IMG/VR virus record: IMGVR_UViG_3300017747_002194
Span: 1 to 64,000 of that record
Strand: one strand, 5' to 3'
Length of the DNA stretch: 64,000 bases
Origin: a virus
Taxonomy: Duplodnaviria > Heunggongvirae > Uroviricota > Caudoviricetes
Position numbers and translations under genes: made by a program. Shown here in pieces: positions 37,146 to 49,100 of this stretch (the first letter of the stretch is position 1; every line of letters begins with the position of its first letter). Below the pieces are notes generated by a model. The model saw only the letters and a program-made list of their open reading frames with translations, searched no databases and was not told where the DNA came from.

Positions 37146-40100
37146 TTAACATTTAAATGGATTTTTACCATCATTAACTATTTTATTAACATCATCTCTT
37201 AAAGATTTAAAATCTTCAAAAGTAGTTGCATTTTTAAATCTTGTATTCATAATAGATCTTTCTTCTGGAGAAAGAATTGCATCAATTTTCTCTTTATTAT
37301 TTTTAACCAATTCTGTAACTACTACTTTCATTAGATTAGTTTTAGGATCAGCTACCGGCTGTGCTTTAGTTGTATTACCCATAAGAGCTTTCATTTTAGC
37401 AAGAGTAGCTTTTTCTTCCTCCAAAGATACTTCTTTTTCTTCAGATTCCAAAGAATTATCATCAATAATTTCAGCTTTTGTAGCATTAGGTACATTAGTA
37501 TCTTCAGTTCCTAAAGCTTTTTTAAACATGCTCATAATATCAGAAGCAGATTTACCACTTTTAGCTTTTTCCCCTAAATTTATAGGTGTAGATTCTTCAG
37601 TTTTATCAACTTCTTCAGGAGTTACTTGATCAAATAAAGCTTTAGCTGTATCATAAGTTCCTGGGAAATACACACTAACTCCTTTCATACCTATTTGTTC
37701 TAAAGGTTTGTAAGTAGCTTTTTCACCAACACCATAAGGATGTATTGTATTATGCGTATGACCATTAGTAGCATCAATATAATTTAAAAAATCATCTTGC
37801 TTACTAACAAAACCTGTAGCTTTATTTGTAAAAGACTCTAATTCAAAGAATTGATACTCTTCACCTATTCTCACTTTAATAAATTGTGGGAATTTAAAAG
37901 TAGGTTGTGCTGAATTTTCATTCTTAGTTTTCAGCATTACAGGGAAAACTTCTTTTAATTTACCCTTACTATCTTTAAATTCTTGCTCAGAATTAGTACT
38001 AACTTCAAATACTAATCTATCTCCATTCATTCTAATAGGTCCTTTCTCAGTAACATTAATCTTATGAGTATGCATAGCAGCATATGTAGTATTTACATCT
38101 GTGATATACATTTTTCTAAAATTATAAGCAGCTTGACCAAAATCAATACTTGGATTTTTAGCAACTAAACCTTTAACTAAATCATCTAAAGTTTCTGAAT
38201 ACTTATTAAACATATTCACCGGTAAATATTTAGCTACACTGTTATTCTTAAAAGTCATGTTATCTTTAACCATTAAATAGCTAAGCATATTATCTACAAA
38301 GTTTCTAGGAGTTAATCCAGCTTCATTTAATTGAGTTTGGTTATCATACCATAAAGATTTGACAGAATCTATTAATAAAGAAATAGTTTCATTACTTTCT
38401 TTTACAAAAGATTTTGTATCAATAATATTTTCTTTAATAGTAAAGTATTTTACAATATAGTTATCTTTAGTAGTAGGATTTGATTTTAATAATTCTAATT
38501 GACTAACTAAGTTAACTTGTCCTTCTTTATTTAATTCATTAAAAATTAAACCTAAATTTAAAGAGTCTAATCTCTTTTGAATAGCTTGCTTATTAACTTC
38601 TTTAGTATTTACATCATCTCTAAGTTTCTCTAAGTCATTAACATAAGATTTCACAGATAGGTAACCTAAAAATTCTCTACTTAACTCAGCAACATTATCC
38701 ACCACATTAGTAAATCTATCTTGTAAACTATCAAATAACTTACTAAACTCTTTAGTGAATAATTCAGTTTGTTCAATAAATATTTTTTGACCTACATCAG
38801 TACTAACTTGTAAAGCACGTTTAATATTTCCTAAAGTATTAGCATCATCTTTTAGTATTGGTAAAATGTCGATATGCGCTTGACCTACAGCTAATCCTCT
38901 GTCAGCAGTATTTAACGCTTTATTTAATTCAAAAGTGTCAATAGCTTTATGTAATTTTTGATTCATTACAGTAAATGAAGTTTCTAAACCTTGATTTAAA
39001 GTTAAGAAAGTATTTAATGTAGCCATTACATTATACTGCTCTTGGATTTTAACAAATTGATTTAAAGCTTGATATTGTACTTCTAAAGCTGTAGAATTAT
39101 TACTATCTCCTAATTCATTTTTAGTAAACTCTTTACCTAATAAAATATTTTCAATTTGTTCTAAAGTAACTTCTGTTAATTCAGGATCAATTTTAGATAT
39201 TGTTCTATTTACAGCTTCAATTTTATCTTTAGTAATCTCTCCATTATTTTCTAAAGAAACAATAGCAGAAGCTTGAGCATTAGCCTTGTTAAAAGATTCT
39301 TCAATCTCAGTTTTAACTTTAGATACTAAAGCTTTTTGAATTTTACCATACTCTTGAATAATAGGTAAGTTAATAAACTTAACAGCATTTTCAAAACTCA
39401 TACCTTGCATGATAAGTTCTGTAAATCCTCCTAATAATTCAAACTGAATATTTAATTCACCAGCAATAGGATCTTTAGCATTATCTGTAAATACGTTTAA
39501 TAAAATATTTAAGTTATTAGCTATACGCTCATTTTGTTTATTTGTGGCAGAATATGAACCACCAGTCTCACCAGCTATCTCAAATCTAAAAGCATCTTCA
39601 TTAAATTTAACTACTTTATCTCCAACTTTAGACATTAAAAAGGCAAACTGTTGGATCTTATTAGCTGCAATACCAATACCGTCTTTACCTGCAGAGTTTT
39701 TACTATTAGCATCATACTTACCATTAATATCAGAAGCTGACTTATTTTTTTGAGAAATAGTAGATTGTGTAGATTTAATAAAACCTTCAGATTTCAATTT
39801 AGGAACTAAAGCTTTTAATACATCTGTAGATGTAGTATTATTAGCAATCTCAGCGGTATGATTATTAGCTAACATCTTAATCATATTATCTAATGCTATA
39901 TTACTATTAACAGCATTAGGTTTTTTACCTTTATCAACAAAAGATTTTTCTGTATAAGGTAAATCATATTTTTTAGATACTTGCTCGTAATAAGTTTTTT
40001 CAATTATAGCTAACTCTCCTTTTAATCCTTGACTAGCTAAGATTAAAGGTTGTTTTTCTTTCTTACCAACTTCATCAATTTCTTTATCTATTTGCTTAAC

Positions 40101-43100
40101 AGCTTTTTTAATAGAGTTATATCTAAAGTCATTTTTTAATAATTGATTATAGTCTCTACTAAAATCTTTATCATAATTTAAATTATAAAATTTAAAAGCC
40201 TCAAAAGCTTCTTGAAGAGTTTTTTCTGTACCATATTTAATAGGAACAGTAGGAGCTTCTTTTCTATACCAGAAATATGACATTTGAATAAACTCAGAGT
40301 CAATATCAAAATCGGCTCCTGATAAGTGAACAATTTCTGATGGAAAAATACCTATACCGTTGTAATAATCTGGTAATAAACTAACTACTTTTAAAGACAT
40401 TGCTGATTGTTTATCACCTGTAGGAATACGGTATCCTAACATTTTTAAAACCTCAGTCATTTCAGGAGTAATAGTATCTCCTATTTTTAATCCATGTCTA
40501 GTTAATATAGTTTGTGATAACATACACTCACTATATTTTAAATCACCTTCTTCTACATTATATCTTAATGAAGACTCTTCGTATTTAGTAGTATCATTAT
40601 ATTTAGCAGGATCTTTAATTAAAGTATGGTGAGAAATAACTTCACCAGTTACTTTATCTCTAACAACTTTAACACCAGCATCACTAGCTAAAGATACTTT
40701 ATCTCCATTTACTTTTTGATTTAATACACCTTTACTAAAATAAGACAAAATAACTTGTTCAGCTTTAGTAATCATTTGAACCATGTTGTAGTTTAAAGGA
40801 GTATCAAAAAACTCTAATAATTGTTCATCAGCTCCACTAGCTGCTAAAGATCTTTTAACAACTTCATCTAATTGAGTTTTATCAATATTACCATCTGTAC
40901 CAACTTCTTTAATTACACGCATAGCACGTTTAAAAGAAGTATCTCTAGTATCAGCAATAGCTTCATTATACTTCTTTCTAATATCTCCTAATTTAACTCC
41001 ATTAACTACTTCATTATCTTTTAATTCAGAAGCAATTAAAGTTAAAATCTGACTACCAGTAACAATTTCTTTTTTACCAGTAGGAGTTTCTACTTGTAAA
41101 CGTTTATTAGAATTATATACTTTGAATCTAGATTTACTTAAATCTAAATCATCAGCTTGACTATCTTGAGGACTTCTTGTAGCTCCTTTAGATGCAGATT
41201 CTACAGCTAAATGATCTACTTCATGTAAATCCATATTATTGGCTAAATTATGCCAATACTTCATACCTGGTACAGGTTTATATAATTTAGTTAATTCTCT
41301 TACAGTGTTTCTATATTCTACAGATTCATAATCATCCTTAATCATTAAATCAAATATTTTATCTGTAAGTTCTGTAAACTTATCTACATCTTTATCTTCA
41401 ATGTATGAAATAGCACTTCTAATAAGTCCTAATTCAGACATTTTTAAATATTGTCCATTGATACCATCAAATACAATAGTCTTTTTAGAGTTTAAAGAAG
41501 CTAATGCTTCAGATAATGCTTTTTGAGCTTTATCTCCAATATTAACATTTCTAACAACTTTACCATCTACTTTCTTAGTAAATTGAATAATATCTTTATA
41601 AGTCTTTCTAGTCGCACCATCAACTCTACCTAATCTAAAAGCACCCATCATTAAATGGTACTGTGAAGAATAGGACATAGCGTCATTTGATGTATAACTA
41701 GCTATTTGATCTTCAGTTAAATTTAATACTTTACCATCTTCATCAGTAACTTTAGTTAATTTACCAGAAGCATCAAATTCAGGTTTTACTCTAACTAACT
41801 TATTATTAATTATTACAGTAGAAGTATATAAATTAATATCTTTAATAATAGCAGAGTTATGCGTACCTCTTCCATAATCTGGACCAGAAGCCATAGCTCC
41901 TTTATTACGTTTAGAAATATCTACTTTATCTTTTCTAGATAAGGCATAATCACCATCCATTAATTCATTTAATGAATTAGACATAATATAATCATTTATA
42001 TAAAATGAATATAAGAATGGGTCATAAGTTTCTTCTCCACCTTTTAATTCAGTAGTTAAGAATAAATGTATCTTAGCATCTTTTAAAGTGTTTTTAAATT
42101 CTTTAAATGAAATTTGTAAATACTTTTGTACACCATTATTAATAGCATTGATTTGTTCAGAAGTTAATTCTTTAATATCTGGATCTAAAGCAGACTTAAC
42201 TAAATTTTCATAAGCTTCATTACCCATAGTGTCTCTTAAATACTGAAACTCTGTAAAATTAAAAGCTCTTCCTTTTAAAGAATTATTATACCCTTTTAAA
42301 TCTCCAGGTTTTTTATCAAAAGCTTTCTTCTCTCTCTTAATTCTTTCCCACTCTTTAGTTACTTGAGTTAAGAAATATTCTTTAATCTTAGCTTGACCGG
42401 CAACAGATTTAACATCTATTTTAGGTAATTCAGCTACATATCCTGTAGAAGAAGCCTCATTTTGTCTGAATAAGTATTTACCAGTTTCAGTATTTCCTTT
42501 ATTGTGATATAGTGTAAGAGCACTTAATAAATAAGTTCTAGCATCAAAACTACCAAAAGTAACACCATCTTTAGTTTTACCATTCTTAACAGTAGTATCT
42601 CTAAAACCACTTAAAATATTAATTTTTAAATCTTTTAATAATTCTTTATGGTTAGTAACCAAAAAGTTATTTCTTAAAAAGAAAGTATTTTTCTTTTCAA
42701 CTTCAGTCAAGCCTTCACCTTTTTCTACAGACTCCCAATAAGAATCTTTCTTATAAAGTTCAGCTCTAGATAACACATATGAAGGTTTAATAATTTCATA
42801 TACTTTTTTACCTTCAGCATTAGTAAATGAGAAGTTAGCAATAGACTCATCAAATTTAGCATTATTCTCAGCTAATTTTCCTAATCTACCTAATACACCA
42901 TTCTCCTCATCAAATAAAGCTTTTAAATCTTTATTAATAACATCAATAATACTAAAGCCATCATTTAAAGCAGCTGCTCCAAACATTTTAAAATCCATAG
43001 GTTCAGTAGTATCATAGATACTAATAAATGCTTTATCTTTAGCAATTAAATCATCAGGCTTTAAAATAGCCTTTTGTTTAGCTAAAGATATTTTAATGTA

Positions 43101-46100
43101 AATAGAAGTTAAAGTAATACCATTAGCATCTAATGCTTTTTTAATTTCATTAGAAGCTTTATCTAAAGATACTCTACCTTTATAATAATTATTAACTATT
43201 TTATCTACATTAGAAAAATTATGTTGGAATTCTTTTATAGACTTTTCTCTACTAATAAATGTTACTCTATTCTTCCATCTCTCTAAAGAGATTTTCTTAG
43301 CATCATTTTTATTAGCATTATTCCAAGTATTAGCTTTTACTTTAGTAGGTTTACCATCTTTATCTTTAATCCAAGACTCTCCAATTAACACATCAATTTG
43401 TGTAGCTTTAGAGTTTTTAAAATTAGTTAATAAAGCTCTAGTAATGTTACTAGCTTCTGGTGTAGTAGGATAAGTAGTTGTTCTAGTTTCAGGATCAAAA
43501 GTAATTCCTAAATCTTTAATAATTTGCTCATAGAAAGCTTTAATATTAGAGTTACTTTCTGAAGCATCATATAATTTAGCAATCATTCTTTCTTCAGATG
43601 TATCAGCTAATACACTAGTCAATCCATTATATAAAGCAACTTCGTCAACTCCAACCTCTCTATCTTCATTAGTAATTTCATCTCTCTCAATTCTAGTTGT
43701 GAAAGCTACATATTTTTTAATAGTTTGTGATAAAGAGTCATGTCCTCCAGATAAGAATGAATCTTGTGATCCAAAAGTATCTTTCATATGAACAGCTTCT
43801 AACCCACCTTCAGTCTCTTCATTAACTTCTTCTGAAGCTTTGAAATTAAAGATTGATAACTTATCACTAACAGCACTTCTTAATACTTCATATGGTCTAA
43901 GCTTAACATTGTTCATATTATTCTTATCATATAAATATTTTTCAGAAGCTATTTTATTAGCTAGTTCTTTAGCTAACTCAGGATTAGATGTAAATAAACT
44001 TTCACCATAAGCTACTCCTTTAGTATCTAAATCTTCAATTCTTTTATTAATAAAATAATCTAATAATTCTTCATCAGATTTTAATTGACGTTTACCGGCA
44101 GAATCTTTTTCTTCTGAATAAGCATATTCATGTAAAGTAGGATCTCCTGTTTTAGCTTTATAGATTTGAATAGCAAAGAAGTTAATAATTTTTCTAGAAT
44201 CTGAAGCATTGAAAAATCCATTCTCTTGAGAATTATTCTTCTTAGGTAATAATTTAAATACAGTATCATTCTCTCCAAAATAAGTATTGGTAATTTGTTC
44301 AGCATTAGCAAATTTACCCTTTAGAATGTTATCAAATAACATATCTAATTCAGTCCCAATATTAAATAACTCTTTAAAGAAATTTTTAATCTTAAAGAAT
44401 AATTGTTTTAAAATATTACTAGTCTTTTCTTGATTTTTATTCATAGAGTAATCCATGAATTTATCAGCCATAAATTCTTCTAATACTAAACTCTCTAATT
44501 CCTCTTTAGATTTATTAGTATAGTTAGCAACAGTACCTCTTAATTTATCAACCTCTTCTTGTAAGTTTTTACCAGATTTTGTAAATTCTGAATAAGCCGC
44601 AGCATAATACTTTTCAATTTGAGCATCAGTTAACATTGTTCTGAATACAGCATGGAAAGCCTCATGATAAGCTGTACCTGGCTTACCTTTAGTTTTATTT
44701 AAGTAAATAACTTTGTTTTTAAATGCTCCATAAGGAATACCTTTAACTTTTAAGTTATTTGCAATAGTTTTAATGTCTTCAATAGATATAAATCTAGGAA
44801 GAATTTTTTGAATTTCATCAAGCTCTGCTTGAGTTATACCAGTAGACTCTTCTAATCCAATAGAAAATACTGGATCAGGATCAGATTCTTCATTAGTGTT
44901 TTGTTGTTGTTGATTTAATAAATCCTTAAAAGAAGTAGCTTCTTTTTGAGCTTGCTTTAATTTAGCAAGAATACTAGTAGCTTGCTCTTGCTCTTTAGTA
45001 TCTTCTTCTAAAGCAGCTAGTTCTGCATCATATTGTTTTAAAAAATCTTCAAGAGTATACGTTACTCCATATTTTTTTCCAAGTCTTACTTGTTCTGCTG
45101 ATACTGTATTCTCTAAAGGAATAATACCATTTCCAGAAGATTTATCTTCTTTAGAATATTCTACCTTTTCAAAGTTTTCAATATCCTCAACTAAGTTTTT
45201 AGCTCCTAAACTAAGTAACAAATCTTTTTGAGAACCATACTTTTCATTAATATTTTTTAGTTCATCTAAACTAATATTTTGATAAGTACCTGTTTTATCA
45301 TTAAGTTTTGTTATCTCCCATCTAATATTTCCTCTAGCATTAGCTATATAAAAAGCAGCAAACTGTTTTCCTTTATAAGTAAATCTAAACATAGATTCCT
45401 CTTGGTCAAAAACTACATGAGTAATTTCTCCTTCATTAATTTTTATAGGAGTAGATAGTTGAGCACCTGCAATTTTTATAGCTTCTGATAAAGTAGGTAT
45501 TTCATTTTCTGGAGTAGGATTATCTATACCTGCTATTTTATTTTGAAGTTTGTACTTTACAGATTGTCTAACAGGTACATTTTTATCTTCTTGTCTTCTT
45601 CTTTCTATATCAACTTTAACATCTGTAATAGTTTCAACAGGTGTGTTAGCCACAGAAGTTGGTGTATTATTAGGTAAAGGTTTAGCTTCAGCATTAATTG
45701 AAAACTGTACTCCATATTTAAATAAACCTTTAGGATCCACATAAACTTCTAACTTATTCATATCTACTTCACCCTCAGGTGTTAAGAAAGATGAATATCT
45801 AATATTCTTAGCAGAGAATTTAACAGTTTTATTTACATTACTATCGGCTAATTGATCAATTACATAATCTGCAGATAATAATGAAGGGTGGATATTATTT
45901 AAAATATTTATTCCTTTACTATTTTTCATTTGTACAGGAGCTGAATAAGATCCTGAATTTTTATCTTTAGTTTGTAAAGTAAAATAAAAAGTATTTGTTT
46001 TTACTGAATAGTTTAATTGAAACTTTCTAACTACTCCTTTAACAGGTTCTAGTGCAAAGAAAATAGTCTCATTAAATTTATCAATAGCATCTTTAATAAC

Positions 46101-49100
46101 TTTAGAGTCACCTTGAGAATTAGTAATTGTATTAACTACTTCATCAAATGATTCTTGTGCATTAGGATTAGTTTTAGTTTTAACTTTAATAACATCTGTT
46201 CTACCATCAACAGTAACTTCAACATGTAAACCTTGAGCAATATCTGATTGTAATTCAGACATTTGATCTATAGCTTCTTCTATAGAAGGATCGTATTCTC
46301 TAACTTCAGTCTCACCTTCTAAATTAATATCAGTAATACCTTGCTTTAATTTAACAGTATCTGCTGTAGATACTAACATATCATAAGCTTCACCTAAAGT
46401 AGGTTTAGTATCATCTTTTAATAAAGTATTTAAATGTTTAGTTAAATCTAATTGAATAACACCAGCTTGATATAAATTATTAATCTCTTCTAAAGATTTA
46501 ATAGAACCATCGGGATTATAAAATAGAGCAGAGATTGCTTTTTGTTCAGGAGACCCACCATATTTAGAAATAGTAGAAATGTTAACATTTGCAATTTGTA
46601 ACATTACAAACCCATTAACTTCTATAAAATGTACAAGAGATTTATCTTCTTTTGTAGATTTAAAATATTCTAAAGCTTGTCTAACATCATCAAAAGAATC
46701 TAATTGATTTTCTTCATTAGTTCTATATTCACCAACTAAATGTTGTTTACCTTCTTTATCAGTATACAATACTTGAGTATCTCTAGCTTCTGCAGGAGTA
46801 TTTAACATCAAGTGTTTATCATTAGTAGTTTTAACTTCTTCCTTAGGTTTTTGTTGAACAGGTTGAGTAAATCCAAAAGTAGCTGCCGGAATATTACTTG
46901 TAACATCTGAAGCATCTACTGGAGGAATATTTGTATTATCTACAGGAGTTTCCGTAGGAGTAGTCTCTACAGGTTCTGTTGTAGTAGATGTAACAGGAGA
47001 AGTTTGAGTTTCTTCAGCTGGTGTAGGATTTTCTGTAGGTTTTTGTTCTTCATTTTCTATAACTTCTTGAACATCTTGTAAATCTTTAGCTTTAGCTAAA
47101 TCATAAAATTTACCCCATAAATTATCTGAAGCATTTAAAAATATAGCTTGATTTTTAGGATCTTTTAATGCATTATAAGTTAAAGTAAAATCAATTTCTC
47201 TAGATTTTAAATTTTCAACATCATCTAATGCTTTTAATATTTCTTCTTGATGTAATGGTGAAATACCATCAGCTTCAGTAATTTGTTTTTTAAATAGTTT
47301 TTTACCTGCAGCATCTAGTTCATTATAAGCTTTAGCAAAAGATTTAGGATCCATTGCACTATACATCAACATATTATGATCTTTAGACTCTTTATTTAAA
47401 AGAGCTTCAGCAAAACCTATTGAAGTAAAAGCTTCTGAGTTCTCTTGTAATATTTTAGTAACCTTAGCTGCAACTTCAGTCTTACGCTGTTTAGCATTTT
47501 CTAAACCTTGTGCAGAATAGATTAATAATTCTTTAACATCAGGATGTGCTTCAGGAAATAATTTAGTTACTTGATTATACGTTTCTTCTATTTTAGCTAG
47601 TTTATCTAGTCTATCTTGTACATACTTTTGTACAGCACCTTTACCAGTAAGTTGTTCGATACTAGCTTTATTTTCTACATTAACATCAATACCATAGACA
47701 TTTTTTAATTCTTCTACAGTAAGATCTTTGAAATTATTTAATTCTTCTTTAGTATCATTTAATTTACCATTTTGTAATCTGTTATAAGCATATGAAAATA
47801 ACATATCTTCATTAGCATTATGATAATTAAAATCATTATTCTCATCAATAGCTTGATCTTTAATTTCAGTAAGATTAGCAGATCTTACAAAATTATCTAC
47901 AAACTTTTTTCTTAAATCCTCTACTTTATATTTATTTAAAGACTCAACAGCTTGTGCTGTAAGTTTATCTTCCGGATTAGTGATAAATTCATCTTTAAAA
48001 GCTTTTCTACCTTTACCAACTAATACCATACCTGGAGAAGCAATTCCTGCAGATAATGCTCCAATAATACCAGCATGAATACCTTCTTGTGTAGTATAAG
48101 CTTCAGCCATACCTTTAGTAAAAGAATCTAAGAAGTTAGCTGCATTGGGATTATAATATTTATTTACATAGTAATCTTCAGCTGCTTTACCAATACCAAA
48201 TTGTAAAATCTCTTGATTACCTTCTGATAACATAGGTACACCTATCTTACCAGCTCTATATCCTAAATTAGCATACTTACCTTTTTCAACAGCTTTCCAA
48301 GTTTTAGTAGCTTCATCAAAAAAAGTGGTTTTATTAGCTATTTTAGCAAAATCATTAGTTTTATTTCCAAATAAAGCTTTACCAAAAGTTAACCAGTTGT
48401 CAGCCATAATAACTGGTAAGTTCATACCAAAGGCCATATCTCCTGCTTGCTCAGACATCATCTTAGCATAAGCTAATTCTCCTTCTGTCATAGACTTAGG
48501 AGAACCATCAGGATTGGTAGTTAACTTTAAATAAATACTTTTTTGAGCTTCACGAGCTTCAGCACCAGCTTCTCCTGTAGCTGACATTGCAGCTATAGTA
48601 CCTTGTCTAATACCATCTTTAATTTGCTTTTTAGTAGCAGCATTGGCTACAGATTTTAAACTTTCAGTAGCTCCTTCTTTAACCGCATTAGCAATCATTG
48701 TAGCTTCTTCAGCAGTCTGAGCTGCTCCCATAGCTTTACCAAATATTGAAAAAGCTTTAGACCAAGCACCTCCTGTTAAACCGGCTCCAATAGTAGTACC
48801 AGCTCCACCTAGAATATCTCTAAATAAAGTATTAGCATGCCAAAGTTTAGCTAATCCTTTATCAGTAGATTCTTCTTTATCAGAATAGAAAGGATTATTT
48901 TTATCAACAGCTTCATTGAACTTATCTAACTGTTGAGTTAAATCATTATTATAATATGAATTTAAAGAAGGATCCCATTTACCATTTTTATCAGTATGTG
49001 TTAATGCAGCGATAGTTCCATAGAATGGGTTAGCAATACCTTCAGCAGCAGTGCTTAAAGTTTTACCAAGCATATTAACTAAACCATTACCTGCTTTATC

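Noticed and set aside
46900-47040. Thr/Pro/Glu-rich low-complexity stretch inside the giant ORF that looks like a separate repeat feature
   Set aside because: It is an interdomain linker encoded within the continuous 4060-aa frame, not a DNA-level tandem repeat or separate gene.
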